Part shown: positions 1 to 10,343 of the stretch, piece after piece | How the letters are laid out: every line of letters starts with the position of its first letter | Position numbering within the stretch: position 1 is the stretch's first letter | Source: Candidatus Parcubacteria bacterium | GTDB lineage: Bacteria > Patescibacteriota > Minisyncoccia > Phycocordibacterales > CALRHW01 | Assembly: GCA_009691505.1 (NCBI GenBank) | Contig: SICJ01000003.1 | Location: 1 to 33,876 of the forward strand | DNA length: 33,876 nucleotides | Direction: 5' to 3' | Program-made: the position numbers and the translations under genes | The notes under the pieces: model-generated | Database searches by the model: none | The model's input: the letters and a program-made list of their open reading frames with translations, nothing else | Told to the model about the DNA's origin: nothing

Positions 1-39
1 GCGCATACTAAAACGGGTGGCTTTAAAATATCCTTATTA

Positions 40-1452
40 TTACTTCAAAATCGAAATCCCCAACTCCTTCATGTGCTTCGCGTCAATCTCTGATGGAGCT
101 TTCATCATTAGGTCGCGACCTTCGCCGGTTTTTGGGAATGCGATAACTTCGCGAATATTTGGCTCGTTCTGCAAAATCATAACGATACGATCAATGCCAG
201 GAGCAAAGCCACCGTGCGGAGGAGTACCAAAACGAAACGCCTCAAGCATGTGCGCAAACTTTTTCTGTTGCTCTTCTTCGCTCACACCAAGCAATTCGAA
301 AACTTTCTTTTGCATATCTGCTTTGTGAATACGAATACTACCGGAGCTGAGCTCAAAGCCGTTGAGCACAAGGTCGTATGAGTTGGCGCGGATAGAATAA
401 ATGTCGTCGCTGTGCTTTCCGCCGCTTTCTGCTGCCATAAATTTATCCACGTCTTCGTCTTTTATAGAACAAAATGGATGATGCGCCGCTGTGATATTTC
501 CCTCTTTATCTTTTTCAAACATTGGAAAATCTAGAATCCAAGCAAAAGCCAATTCGTTTTCGTCGGCCTTGTCTTTTCGCAAGTCGGGCTTGTCGGTACC
601 GTATTTTTCTAACGACTCAGCGTATGTAATGCGAGGAAAAGGTGTTTGTGATATTTTTTTGTGCGGATAAAGCTCGGCAATTAGCTGCACGAACATTTTT
701 TCTGTGTACTGCAAAATATCTTCTTGTGTTACGAAAGACATTTCAAAGTCTAGCTGTGTAAACTCTGGCTGTCGGTCGCCACGAGTGTCTTCGTCGCGGA
801 AACATCGAGCAATCTGAAAATATCTTTCAAAACCTGCGACCATAGAAAGCTGTTTAAATTGTTGCGGAGATTGTGGAAGCACATAAAATTTTCCATTTTC
901 AAGACGAGACGGCACAACGTATTCGCGTGAACCTTCTGGTGTGCCTTTCATCATTATTGGCGTTTCAATTTCCACGAAATCATTGTCGTGCATATATTTG
1001 CGGAAAAAAGTGATGATTTTGTCGCGCATTCGGATGTTTTTCTGGAGGCGTGGACGGCGTAGGTCTAGATAACGGTATGTAAGGCGCGTTTCCTCGTTTA
1101 TGTCTCTACCGTCGTTTCCTACGTCAAATGGAGGTGTTTGAGCCTCGTTTAAGACCTTTATTGCCGTGATTTCTATCTCCAAAGTGCCGTTTGGTTCATC
1201 GGCCTTAATCATTTTTTCTGGGCGAGGGTTTACTTTACCCGTGACTTCAATCACCCATTCTGGACGAACGGTATTGGCAAGCGCGTGGGCGTCTGCGTGA
1301 GATGGAAGCGCAACCATTTGCACCTTGCCAGACATGTCGCGAAGGTCTATGAAAATGAGCTTGCCGTGATCACGCCGAATGTCCACCCATCCTTTTATGA
1401 GGACTTCTTTACCGATATTGTCTGCGAGGTTTTTTATGAGAGTTCGTTCCAT
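40..1452 (-). CDS. aspS: Aspartyl-tRNA synthetase, short form lacking the GAD insertion domain
   Basis: OB-fold start (GWVDIRRDHGKLIFIDLRD), class II motifs (LPQSPQQFKQL, YFQIARCFRDED..DRQPEFTQLD, PPHGGFAPGIDR). DKPDLR joins almost directly to WILDFP. Confidence 0.97.
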   Translation of the reverse strand: MERTLIKNLADNIGKEVLIKGWVDIRRDHGKLIFIDLRDMSGKVQMVALPSHADAHALANTVRPEWVIEVTGKVNPRPEKMIKADEPNGTLEIEITAIKVLNEAQTPPFDVGNDGRDINEETRLTYRYLDLRRPRLQKNIRMRDKIITFFRKYMHDNDFVEIETPIMMKGTPEGSREYVVPSRLENGKFYVLPQSPQQFKQLSMVAGFERYFQIARCFRDEDTRGDRQPEFTQLDFEMSFVTQEDILQYTEKMFVQLIAELYPHKKISQTPFPRITYAESLEKYGTDKPDLRKDKADENELAFAWILDFPMFEKDKEGNITAAHHPFCSIKDEDVDKFMAAESGGKHSDDIYSIRANSYDLVLNGFELSSGSIRIHKADMQKKVFELLGVSEEEQQKKFAHMLEAFRFGTPPHGGFAPGIDRIVMILQNEPNIREVIAFPKTGEGRDLMMKAPSEIDAKHMKELGISILK

Positions 1453-1480
1453 GTTGTTAATTTTAAATTTTGGGCGCGAT

Positions 1481-2500
1481 TTATTGATTAAATGTTAAAC
1501 CGACTTTTTTGCGCACTTCTTCCATCTTTTTCTCTGCTTTCATGTGAGCCTTTTTTCCGCCAGCTGTGAGTAAGTCAATTACATATTCTGGGTCGCTTGC
1601 GATTTTCTCGCGCTCTGCTCGAAGTGGCGCGATGAATGCAGAAATTTTGTGAGCGAGGATTTCTTTTGATTCTTTGTAACCAATGCCACCTTTTTCATAA
1701 CGCGCTTTTAAATCTAGGAAATCTGCATCTGTGCCATTATTTGAAAATAATTTATGAAGCGCAAACACCTTACACTCGTCGGAATTTTTTGGTTCGTCTA
1801 CACCTTTTGAATCTGTTGGGATTTTCATGACGGCTTTGAGCACTTCTTCGTCGCTCGCAAAAAGCCCGATAGTGTTGTTGTAACTTTTACTCATTTTTTG
1901 TCCGTCTGTGCCAGGCACGACAGCAACATCTTTTCTAATTAATGGCTCAGGCATTGTAAAAGTCTCACCGAAAATGCGGTTGAATTTTTCTGCTGTGTCA
2001 CGCGCGATTTCAATGTGCTGTTTTTGATCCATTCCGACAGGCACAATGTCTGCGCCGGGAAGCAAAATATCCGCCGACATCAAAATAGGATAATCAAACA
2101 CGCCGACGTTCGTCTCTTTTTCTTTTACTTGTGAATCTTTGAAAGCGTGCGCTCGTGACAAATACGGCATCGTGGTGATGCAATTAAAAATCCATGCAAG
2201 CTCTGCAACTTGTGGAGTGTCAGACTGTTTGTATAAAGTGACTTTTTTTGGATCTAGGCCGATAGCGAGATAGTCTATTGCGAGGTCTAGAGTTGCTTGC
2301 GAAAGCTCAGTTCCGCTCCAATTTTCTGCCGGGTTACCTGAAGCTACGGAAGTGAGTGCGTGTAAATCTGCAATAAAAATAGAGCAGTCATACTCGTCCT
2401 GCATGTCCACCATTTGCTTCATAGCGCCAAAATAGTTGCCAATATGTGGTCGGCCTGTCGGTTTTACACCCGATACCAGTATTTTTTTTCCTGTTCTCAT
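1481..2500 (-). CDS. trpS: Tryptophanyl-tRNA synthetase
   Basis: SGVKPTGRPHIGNYFGA (HIGH-like), VPVGMDQKQHIE, KMSKS. Confidence 0.97.
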   Translation of the reverse strand: MRTGKKILVSGVKPTGRPHIGNYFGAMKQMVDMQDEYDCSIFIADLHALTSVASGNPAENWSGTELSQATLDLAIDYLAIGLDPKKVTLYKQSDTPQVAELAWIFNCITTMPYLSRAHAFKDSQVKEKETNVGVFDYPILMSADILLPGADIVPVGMDQKQHIEIARDTAEKFNRIFGETFTMPEPLIRKDVAVVPGTDGQKMSKSYNNTIGLFASDEEVLKAVMKIPTDSKGVDEPKNSDECKVFALHKLFSNNGTDADFLDLKARYEKGGIGYKESKEILAHKISAFIAPLRAEREKIASDPEYVIDLLTAGGKKAHMKAEKKMEEVRKKVGLTFNQ

Positions 2501-2549
2501 GTTTGAAATAATAGCAGAATAAAAGGCTTTTTCAAAATCTAGGATTGCA

Positions 2550-3635
2550 CTAGATCCCCTCTTTTTTCAATTGCTCAATTATCTTTTTCGCCTCTTTAGA
2601 AATTTTGCGAGGGAGTTCAATATTTATTTTTATGAGCAAGTCTCCACGAGTTTTTTTATCTACAGGCACGCCCTTTCCTTTTACGCGTAAAATCTCACCA
2701 AAAGAAACATTTTCTGGAATACTTACTTTTATTTCGCCATCAAGCGTAGAAATATTTTGCACTCCACCCAAAAGCGCGTCGGAAAGTTTTATATTTAAAT
2801 CCATTATAAGATTTTGTCCGTCTTTACGAAATGTTGTGTGACGCTTTACATGAATTTTTACATATAAGTCGCCAGAAACTCCGCCGGAGACAGCTTCGCC
2901 TGCGCCAGTCATGCGAATCATTTCGCCATTATCAATACCTGTCGGAATTTTTAGTGAGATTTCTTCTTCTTTTTTGAGCACGCCGAGTCCGCGACATTCA
3001 CGGCACTTTTCTTTTGGAGTTGTGCCACGTCCATTACATAATTCACAAATGCGTTCGGTTGCGATAGAACCAAGTATGGTGCGTTTTACTTCGCGAATTT
3101 TTCCTTTTCCGTTGCAAGTTTTGCAAGTAACATATTCTGTGCTCGGCTCGCCACCTTCGCCTTTACAATGTGAGCACTTTGAAGTTTTTGTGAGTAAAAT
3201 TTTTCTTTCAACTCCAAAAATTGATTCTGAAAACGATAGTTCTATGTCAATGGAAATGTCGCGACCGCGTTTTGCTTGTTGTCTTTGTCCGCCACCAAAA
3301 ATGTCGCCAAAAATGTCCCCAAAATCAAAACCTTGACCGCCCTGTGTAAATTGAGAAAAATCAAAACCGCCAAAGCCTTGACCTCCAAACGGACCGCCTT
3401 GACCGCCAGTACTAGGACCACCAGAACCGAAAGTCTGTCCGTAAGTATCATATTCTTGACGTTTTTTGTCATCAGATAGGACTCCATACGCTTCGCTCGC
3501 TTCTTTAAATTTTGTCTCATTACCACCTTCTTTGTCTGGATGATATTGATGCGCGAGCTTTCTAAACGCTTTTTTGATATCGTTGCTTGATGCGTTTTTT
3601 TTGACACCTAGTGTTTCGTAAAAGTCTTTCGCCAT
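2550..3635 (-). CDS. dnaJ: Chaperone DnaJ
   Basis: J domain with HPD, G/F-rich linker, four CxxCxGxG zinc-finger repeats. Start placed at [10 protein letters not shown] (3635) because the longer ORF overlaps the 3' end of dnaK. Confidence 0.97.
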   Translation of the reverse strand: MAKDFYETLGVKKNASSNDIKKAFRKLAHQYHPDKEGGNETKFKEASEAYGVLSDDKKRQEYDTYGQTFGSGGPSTGGQGGPFGGQGFGGFDFSQFTQGGQGFDFGDIFGDIFGGGQRQQAKRGRDISIDIELSFSESIFGVERKILLTKTSKCSHCKGEGGEPSTEYVTCKTCNGKGKIREVKRTILGSIATERICELCNGRGTTPKEKCRECRGLGVLKKEEEISLKIPTGIDNGEMIRMTGAGEAVSGGVSGDLYVKIHVKRHTTFRKDGQNLIMDLNIKLSDALLGGVQNISTLDGEIKVSIPENVSFGEILRVKGKGVPVDKKTRGDLLIKINIELPRKISKEAKKIIEQLKKEGI

Positions 3636-3660
3636 TTTTTGTTTTCTTTTTATTCTCGTC

Positions 3661-5613
3661 TTATTTTTGTTCGTCTGTCTTTGCGTCTGTTTTTGTGTCT
3701 GCCTTTGTTTCGGTATCTTCCTTCTTTTCTTCATAATTTACATCTCGCACTTTTTCTTCACCTGTCGCACCCGCATCTGCTCCTGCATCTCCCGCCGGCG
3801 CGCCTGCAGGAGCATTTTTACTCATATATTCGCCGATTTTTTGCATTTCAGTAGAAAGTTCTGTCGTTGCTTTCATTATTGCCTCACGCTCTGTGCCGTC
3901 TTTTATTTTTTTTACTGCTTCAATTTTCTCATTTACCCCAGCTTTTATTTCTGGAGTAACTTTGTCGCCATTATCACGGATAGATTTTTCTGCAGTATAC
4001 ACCATTTGCTCGGCAATATTTTTTGTCTCCACCATATCTTTTTTCTTTGCGTCTTCTGCGCTGTGCATTTCTGCGTCTTTTTGCATTTTAGCTATATCTT
4101 CTTTTGAAAGACCGGAGCTCGCTTCAATACGGATAGACTGCTCTTTTCCGCTAGTTTTATCTTTTGCTTTTACGCTCAAAATACCGTTTGCATCTATATC
4201 AAAAGTCACTTCCACTTGCGGTACTCCACGAGGGGCTGTAGGGATTCCGTCCAAAATAAATTTTCCGAGACTTTTGTTGTCGCTCGCCATTGGTCGCTCG
4301 CCTTGCACAATGTGAATTTCTACAGAAGTCTGATTGTCAGCTGCAGTGGAATATGTTTGAGATTTTGAAACTGGAATAGTTGTGTTTTTTGGAATAAGAA
4401 TATTAGCCACACTTCCCATAGTTTCTATACCGAGCGAAAGCGGAATAACGTCAAGGAGTAAAATATCTTTTACATCACCAGAAATAATTCCGCCTTGAAT
4501 AGCTGCGCCGAGCGCCACCACTTCGTCAGGATTAATAGATTGATTTGGCTCTTTTCCAAAAAGTGCCTTCACAGCTTCTTTAATTTTTGGCATTCTGGTC
4601 TGTCCACCCACTAGGATCACTTCATTGATGTCTGAGATTTTAAAAGGTGAAGCCTCCATCGCGCGCTTTGTAATCATAATTGCACGGTCAATAAACTCGC
4701 TAGCGAGCTCTTCTAGTTTTGCGCGAGTCATTTTCATTACAAAATGTTTTGGTCCTGACGCATCAGAAGTAATGAACGGAATATTTATTTCTGTTTCGGT
4801 CGCAGTAGAAAGCTCGTGTTTTGCTTTTTCTGCAGCTTCGTCTAGTCGTTGTAGAGCAAACGCGTCTTTTATTAGATCAATTCCGCTTTCTTTTTTAAAT
4901 TCACCTGCTAAATAATGGATTATTTTTTGATCAATATCTTTTCCACCGAGATGGCTGTCGCCGTCTGTAGATTTTACTTCTACAACATCTACAAAAACTT
5001 CAAGCACAGAAATATCAAAAGTTCCTCCTCCAAAATCAAAAACAACTATTTTTTCTTCTTTCTTTTTATTAAATCCATAAGCGAGAGCGGCGGCCGTAGG
5101 CTCGTTGATTATTCGTTTTACGTCCAAACCTGCGATTTTCCCTGCGTCTTTTGTGGCTTTTCTTTGTGCGTCATTGAAATATGCGGGCACGGTGATTATC
5201 GCTTCAGTTATTTTCTCGCCTAGCTTTACTTCAGCGTCGGCTTTGAGTTTTTGGAGAATCATCGCAGAAATTTCTTCTGGACGATAATCCTTGTCGCCCA
5301 TTTTTACCATTACTCCGCCGTCTGAAGACGAGCTAATGTCATAAGGCACTGTTGCTTTGTCTTTTTGCACTGCAGGATCTTCGTAAGTGTGCCCGATAAA
5401 TCGCTTGATACCAAAAATAGTATTTTTTGGATTGGTAACAGCTTGGCGTTTTGCGAGAAGTCCCACTGTGCGTTCATTATTTTTAGACAAAGCAATAATA
5501 GAAGGCGTGGTCCGTGCCCCTTCTATATTTTCGAGAATCTTTGGTCCGTCGGCTTCCATTATTGCGACCGCACTGTTTGTTGTTCCCAAATCAATTCCTA
5601 TTACTTTTGCCAT
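3661..5613 (-). CDS. dnaK: Chaperone DnaK (Hsp70)
   Basis: [55 protein letters not shown]. Confidence 0.98.
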   Translation of the reverse strand: MAKVIGIDLGTTNSAVAIMEADGPKILENIEGARTTPSIIALSKNNERTVGLLAKRQAVTNPKNTIFGIKRFIGHTYEDPAVQKDKATVPYDISSSSDGGVMVKMGDKDYRPEEISAMILQKLKADAEVKLGEKITEAIITVPAYFNDAQRKATKDAGKIAGLDVKRIINEPTAAALAYGFNKKKEEKIVVFDFGGGTFDISVLEVFVDVVEVKSTDGDSHLGGKDIDQKIIHYLAGEFKKESGIDLIKDAFALQRLDEAAEKAKHELSTATETEINIPFITSDASGPKHFVMKMTRAKLEELASEFIDRAIMITKRAMEASPFKISDINEVILVGGQTRMPKIKEAVKALFGKEPNQSINPDEVVALGAAIQGGIISGDVKDILLLDVIPLSLGIETMGSVANILIPKNTTIPVSKSQTYSTAADNQTSVEIHIVQGERPMASDNKSLGKFILDGIPTAPRGVPQVEVTFDIDANGILSVKAKDKTSGKEQSIRIEASSGLSKEDIAKMQKDAEMHSAEDAKKKDMVETKNIAEQMVYTAEKSIRDNGDKVTPEIKAGVNEKIEAVKKIKDGTEREAIMKATTELSTEMQKIGEYMSKNAPAGAPAGDAGADAGATGEEKVRDVNYEEKKEDTETKADTKTDAKTDEQK

Positions 5614-5694
5614 AATTTTTTGTTTGTTAAATTTTTGATAAAGTCTTCCTAAATTTTTTGTCGCGGAAAGCGATTTTTCATTTTTCTGTAATTT

Positions 5695-6291
5695 TTACGA
5701 AACACTTTTACTTATTTTCACTTTTGCTGACCGTATTGGTTTATCATTAAGACTATACCCTTTTTGTAAAACTTGAAACACTTTACCATCTTCATCTACA
5801 TTTTTCGTCTCCACCGTGTCTAATGCTTCATGAAACTGGGGGTCAAAATCCTGCCCCAGAGGGTCAAATTGTTTCAGTCCGTTTTTTTGAAGAATGTCTA
5901 GAAGTTGTGAATAAATGTATTCCACCCCGATCCGCCATTCTTTTGGCGATTTCTCCCAAGCTTCTTTATTTTGCATTGCCATATCAAAACTATCTAACAC
6001 TGGAATGATTTCTGTGATCAGGTTTTTATTTGCAAATTTTACAAGGTTTGAATACATTTCCTCATCACGTTTTCTTGTGTTGATAAAATCTGCTTTCGCT
6101 CTCTGCCAGCCGTCCAGATATTCTGCTTTATCTTTTAGTGCAACAGCAATTTTTTCTTTTAATTTTTGAATCGCGATTTTTGGATCTTTTTCGGTATAAT
6201 CCGCGTCAATATCTACGTCTTTTTCAAAAACGATTTCCTCGTCTACGATTTCGTCGTTTTCAGTTTTTGTGTCTTGATTTTTATCCTTCAT
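5695..6291 (-). CDS. grpE: Nucleotide exchange factor GrpE
   Basis: RAKADFIN, FDPQFHEA, LQKGY motifs; directly upstream of dnaK. Confidence 0.96.
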   Translation of the reverse strand: MKDKNQDTKTENDEIVDEEIVFEKDVDIDADYTEKDPKIAIQKLKEKIAVALKDKAEYLDGWQRAKADFINTRKRDEEMYSNLVKFANKNLITEIIPVLDSFDMAMQNKEAWEKSPKEWRIGVEYIYSQLLDILQKNGLKQFDPLGQDFDPQFHEALDTVETKNVDEDGKVFQVLQKGYSLNDKPIRSAKVKISKSVS

Positions 6292-6347
6292 GATTTAAAT
6301 AGATTATCAGATTCAAAAGACTTGAGGAAATAAGTTTTTAAAAACTT

Positions 6348-6755
6348 TTAGCGCTTTGACCACTGAGGAGCTTTACGCGCTTTCTTGAGTCCAAACTTAC
6401 GTCGTTCTTTTGCTCGCGCATCTCGTTTTAGTAAACCTGAAGATTTTAGTTTTTTACGAAGTTCTAAATCGTGCTCTACAAGACCTCTAGAAATACCGTG
6501 TCGCAGAGCTTGTACTTGAGAGCTGATGCCTCCACCTCGTATTACTGCTGTTACTTTAAATTTTATCGGAGTGGCTGAAATTGAAAATGCTTCAAGTCCA
6601 ACAATCTGTAATGCTTTTGTAGGAAAATATTCTTCGTATTCTCTATCATTTACCACGATAGAAGTTTTGGATGCTTCTGTCATACGCACGCGAGCTACAG
6701 ATGTTTTTCGTCTGCCGATAGTTTCTATGTATTTTTTGTTTTCTCCTGTATTCAT
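6348..6755 (-). CDS. rpsI: 30S ribosomal protein S9
   Basis: GRRKTSVARV, GGGISSQ, ERRKFGLKKARKAPQWSKR. ATG at 6755, just after the rplM stop, preferred over the upstream alternative start. Confidence 0.96.
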   Translation of the reverse strand: MNTGENKKYIETIGRRKTSVARVRMTEASKTSIVVNDREYEEYFPTKALQIVGLEAFSISATPIKFKVTAVIRGGGISSQVQALRHGISRGLVEHDLELRKKLKSSGLLKRDARAKERRKFGLKKARKAPQWSKR

Positions 6756-6756
6756 A

Positions 6757-7101
6757 TTATTCGGTAACAATTAAATTTTTGATTATCTTTGCGCGAAGCT
6801 TGTTTATCGGCAACATTCCATATACAGCATCTATGAAAAGATAACTATAACCTTTTTTTGCTAAAAATTGCTCGGCTGTTTTTGTCTTGAGTCCTCCGGG
6901 ATAACCAGAATACGTAATGTATTCTTTTTCACGGAGTTTTTTTGCGTCAAATATTACCTTTGAAGCATTCACAATGTGAACCTTTACGTTTTCTACAACG
7001 TTTGGTGCGTAGTGAGTTGTTTGTTTTCCCATGAGAATTTTCGCAGCTTCACTAGCTACTCTTCCCAACTTTTTATCTTGTGCGTCTATTGTGTGTTTCA
7101 T
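6757..7101 (-). CDS. rplM: 50S ribosomal protein L13 (short form)
   Basis: IDAQDKKLGRVAS, YSGYPGGLK, AVYGMLP; rplM-rpsI gene order. Confidence 0.95.
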   Translation of the reverse strand: MKHTIDAQDKKLGRVASEAAKILMGKQTTHYAPNVVENVKVHIVNASKVIFDAKKLREKEYITYSGYPGGLKTKTAEQFLAKKGYSYLFIDAVYGMLPINKLRAKIIKNLIVTE

Positions 7102-7107
7102 AAATTT

Positions 7108-7455
7108 TTATACAAATTCTATTACGGCCATAGGCGCGCGGTCGCTTACTCTGTTTCCAAGCTTTATAATGCGTGTGTATCCACCTTTTCTTTCTTTATA
7201 TTTTGGTCCAAGCACATCTACAAGCTTTTTTGTAGCGATGTCACCTATTCTACTTGAAAGTAAACGGCGAGACGCTACTGAATTTGTCTTGCCTTGTGTA
7301 ACCATTTTTTCTACAACAGGACGAATAGCTTTTGCTTTTGTTTCTGTTGTTTTAATTTTCTCGTTTATTATAAGGGAAAGTACTAGAGATGCAACAAGAG
7401 CATTTCTTTGATTTTTTTCTCGGCCGAATTTCTTTTTTGAGCTGTGGTGTCGCAT
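7108..7455 (-). CDS. rplQ: 50S ribosomal protein L17
   Basis: MRH..KFGR, IKTTETKAK, GGYTRIIK; follows rpoA. Confidence 0.97.
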   Translation of the reverse strand: MRHHSSKKKFGREKNQRNALVASLVLSLIINEKIKTTETKAKAIRPVVEKMVTQGKTNSVASRRLLSSRIGDIATKKLVDVLGPKYKERKGGYTRIIKLGNRVSDRAPMAVIEFV

Positions 7456-7470
7456 ATTATTACTTTAGAT

Positions 7471-8427
7471 TTACTTTAGAGTAACGCCAATATCCTTTAA
7501 CATTTTTTTAATCTCTGTAACACCTTTTGTGCCAAGACCCTCTATTTCTGTAACGTCTTTTTCTTTCTTTCGCACAAGTCCGCCGACAGTTCGAATATTT
7601 GCAGAAGTCAAAGCGTTCATTGTGCGAGCTGAAAGGTTTAGAGATTCTATTCTAGTTTTCAAAAATTCTGGATCAAGGTCTTTTTTATCATCACCTTCAC
7701 CTTCGCTCTCTTTTTGTATTTCAGGCATTTCCTCTTCTTTAAAACCGATAATCGCCTTTAGCTGATTGATAGTTATTTCAATAGCTTTTGAAAGAGCATC
7801 GTGAGGAAGCATCGTGCCGTCTGTTTCTATAGAAATACGAAGACGATTGAAATCTGTTCTGTCACCGACGCGCATATTTTCAACTTCGTAACTCACTCTT
7901 TTGATAGGAGAAAAAACTGCATCAAGAGCAATACTACCGATGTCTACACGATTTTTTTGGATAACTTCTTTTGAAACATAGCCAAGACCTTTTTCTACCA
8001 GAAGCTCAATGTTGAGCTCAGCATTTTTGTCTGTAATAGTAGCAATAACAAAGTCAGGGTTGAGTACTGAAATCTGTCCAGTCGCTTTAATATCTTTTGC
8101 TGTGACTTCTTGCACGCCTTTTACTTTTAGAGTCAAAGTCTGTGGCTCGTCAGAGTGCATAGCGATGCGCACCTTTTTTAGATTGAGCAAAATTGTGATG
8201 ACGTCTTCTTTTATTCCATCAAGAACAGAAAACTCGTGACTTACGTCATTTATTTTTACAGAAGTAATGGCCGCACCAGGAAGAGATGACAAAATTATTC
8301 TACGTAGAGAGTTGCCGAGAGTGTGGCCGTATCCAGGATAAAGTCCGTCTATTTCATAAATCGCCGAAAAATTATCTTCGGATACAATCTTTGGCTTTGA
8401 AGGCAATACAATGCTGTGATGAACCAT
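7471..8427 (-). CDS. rpoA: RNA polymerase alpha subunit
   Basis: GYGHTLGNSLRRIILSSLPG, VENMRVGDRTDFNRL, alpha-CTD (LSARTMNAL). Confidence 0.98.
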   Translation of the reverse strand: MVHHSIVLPSKPKIVSEDNFSAIYEIDGLYPGYGHTLGNSLRRIILSSLPGAAITSVKINDVSHEFSVLDGIKEDVITILLNLKKVRIAMHSDEPQTLTLKVKGVQEVTAKDIKATGQISVLNPDFVIATITDKNAELNIELLVEKGLGYVSKEVIQKNRVDIGSIALDAVFSPIKRVSYEVENMRVGDRTDFNRLRISIETDGTMLPHDALSKAIEITINQLKAIIGFKEEEMPEIQKESEGEGDDKKDLDPEFLKTRIESLNLSARTMNALTSANIRTVGGLVRKKEKDVTEIEGLGTKGVTEIKKMLKDIGVTLK

Positions 8428-8451
8428 AATGATTTTATTATTTATTAAAAA

Positions 8452-9069
8452 TTATCTACTATAAAATTCTATAACTGAATTTAAATCAAACAAAAGTTCC
8501 CCTTGATCCATTTTTGGCATACCTTGAACTTCTATTTGCTTCTTGCTTGCGTCTACTTTGAGCCATGAAGGCGCTGTTTTTGCCTGTAGACGCTCTTCTA
8601 GACCCACAAACAAGGTTTTCTTCATACTGCCGTCTCTGAGCGTAATAACGTCTCCCACAGACACACTAAAAGACGGAATATTTACGATACGTCCGTTTAC
8701 TTTTATATGATTGTGCGAAACTATCTGACGAGCGAGTGGTCGAGTATGTCCAAAACCTCCACGAAGCACGGCGTTGTCTAAACGTCGCTCTAGAAGCTCG
8801 TAGAGTCCGCCGACTTTATTTGTGCCCTGTGCTGCGAGAGATTTTTTAACGTAATTTGAAAATTGTTTTTCTGTAAGTAAATACGTGAAGCGCGCTTTTT
8901 GCTTCTCATTCATTTGAACACCGAAATCTGTCTTTTGCTTTGGCCCACGTCCTTTTCCGACAGTTTTTGTTTTGCGTGTTTGAGACAGAGCGTATTTCTG
9001 AGTTTGAGTTTTCTCAAACACGGGTGCGCCGAGTCGTCTTGCTATTTTGTATCTTGGTCCGATAATCAT
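8452..9069 (-). CDS. rpsD: 30S ribosomal protein S4 (no zinc-ribbon cysteines)
   Basis: GPRYKIARRLG, EKQKAR, LERRLDN, ARQIVSHNH, IEFYSR. Confidence 0.97.
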   Translation of the reverse strand: MIIGPRYKIARRLGAPVFEKTQTQKYALSQTRKTKTVGKGRGPKQKTDFGVQMNEKQKARFTYLLTEKQFSNYVKKSLAAQGTNKVGGLYELLERRLDNAVLRGGFGHTRPLARQIVSHNHIKVNGRIVNIPSFSVSVGDVITLRDGSMKKTLFVGLEERLQAKTAPSWLKVDASKKQIEVQGMPKMDQGELLFDLNSVIEFYSR

Positions 9070-9098
9070 ACCTTTTGTTATTACTGTAATTTATAATA

Positions 9099-9533
9099 TT
9101 AAACTCTACGTGGCTTCGGCGGTTTTGGTCCGTTGTGCGGAACAGGCGTCACGTCTTTTATTGATGAAATTGTAATTCCCTTTGCAATAAAACCTCGTAT
9201 CGCAGATTCTCGACCAGAACCTACTCCTTTTACTACAACAGCGACTTCTTTTATGCCGATAATCTGCGCTTTTGCATTTAAAGTTTCGCCGATTTTTGCC
9301 GCCGCAAAGGGTGTCCCCTTTTTTGCGCCACGGAAACCAAGCGAACCACTTGAAGACCAGCACAAAGTGTTGCCTTTTACGTCTGTGAGAACAACCTTTG
9401 TATTATTGTATGTTGATTGCACATACAAAATACCGGTTTCTATTTTCTTTTTTGAAGACGCTACTACCGCTGATTTTTCTTCAGTATTAGCTACTTCTGT
9501 TTCTCCTTTTTTTACGATTCGTTTCTTTCCCAT
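9099..9533 (-). CDS. rpsK: 30S ribosomal protein S11
   Basis: STYNNT, GFRGAKKGTPFAA, DVTPVPHNG. Confidence 0.98.
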   Translation of the reverse strand: MGKKRIVKKGETEVANTEEKSAVVASSKKKIETGILYVQSTYNNTKVVLTDVKGNTLCWSSSGSLGFRGAKKGTPFAAAKIGETLNAKAQIIGIKEVAVVVKGVGSGRESAIRGFIAKGITISSIKDVTPVPHNGPKPPKPRRV

Positions 9534-9538
9534 TTTAA

Positions 9539-9919
9539 TTATTTTTTATCTACCGCACGTTTTCCACTTCCCATCGTCTTGCGAACGTTTCCGCGACGTG
9601 TGCGGGAATTGGTTTTTGTGCGCTGACCTTTTGAAGGAAGTCCGCGAGCGTGTCGTGTGCCTCTGTATGTTTTTATATCTTTTAGACGCTTTATGTTGCC
9701 GGCGACTTCTCGTTTTAGATCACCTTCAATTTTAAAGCGTTCTATAATACCTCGGATTTTGTTTTCATCTTCTACTGAGAGGTCTTTTGGTTTTTTACCA
9801 AATTCTATCTTTGCTTCTGTTAAAATCTTGTGTGCGAGAGGTCGTCCAATACCATAGAGCGTTGTAAGCCCAATTTCTAATCTTTTTCCTTCTGGAATTG
9901 TAATACCTAAAATTCTCAT
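9539..9919 (-). CDS. rpsM: 30S ribosomal protein S13
   Basis: LTTLYGIG, IEGDLKRE, YRGTRHARGLP..GQRTKTNSRTR. Confidence 0.98.
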   Translation of the reverse strand: MRILGITIPEGKRLEIGLTTLYGIGRPLAHKILTEAKIEFGKKPKDLSVEDENKIRGIIERFKIEGDLKREVAGNIKRLKDIKTYRGTRHARGLPSKGQRTKTNSRTRRGNVRKTMGSGKRAVDKK

Positions 9920-9933
9920 AAATTATTTATATA

Positions 9934-10050
9934 TTATCCTTGTCGCTGTTTATGGCGTGGGTTACTTTTACATATCACATAGACGTATCCTTTTCTTCGG
10001 ACTACACCACATTTAGAACAGATTTTTTTTACTGATGATCTTACTTTCAT
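9934..10050 (-). CDS. rpmJ: 50S ribosomal protein L36 (zinc-ribbon form), missing from the ORF track
   Basis: Manual translation gives [38 protein letters not shown] (38 aa), located between infA and rpsM. Confidence 0.97.
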   Translation of the reverse strand: MKVRSSVKKICSKCGVVRRKGYVYVICKSNPRHKQRQG

Positions 10051-10066
10051 TATTCAAATTTAACCC

Positions 10067-10285
10067 TTATAAACGTTTCACTATTCTGCCCTTACCGCCA
10101 TATTGATCTAGCTCCACAATAACTTTATCTCCGATAAGTACGCGAATTCTGTGAAGTCGCATCTTACCCGCAAGGTATGTAAGCAACTCATCTTCTTGGC
10201 CTTCCAATTTAACCTTAAAAAAGGTATTTGGCAAGGCTTCCGTGACAATTCCGTTCAGTTGACTCTTTTCTTTGTTATTATCCAT
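10067..10285 (-). CDS. infA: Translation initiation factor IF-1
   Basis: GIVTEALPNTFFKVKL, YLAGKMR, GDKVIVEL, KGRIV. ATG at 10285. Confidence 0.96.
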   Translation of the reverse strand: MDNNKEKSQLNGIVTEALPNTFFKVKLEGQEDELLTYLAGKMRLHRIRVLIGDKVIVELDQYGGKGRIVKRL

Positions 10286-10307
10286 TACAATATAAGCAAT
10301 GCGGAAC

Positions 10308-10335
10308 ATTCTAGCAAAATACGGAATTTAGTCAA
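10308..10335 (-). promoter_or_regulatory. Putative sigma70 promoter of the infA-rpmJ-rpsM operon
   Basis: Minus strand reads TTGACT-16 nt-TAGAAT with a TG extension, about 22 nt upstream of the infA ATG. Confidence 0.6.
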
Positions 10336-10343
10336 CCCCCGTA

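Noticed and set aside
1-39. GC-richer stretch after the triple TAA of aspS as a possible tRNA start
   Set aside because: It is truncated by the window edge with no recognisable D-arm pattern. It may be half of a terminator hairpin.
3636-3734. 33-aa basic N-terminal extension of DnaJ
   Set aside because: It overlaps the dnaK C-terminus in another frame. The J domain begins at MAKDFY (3635).
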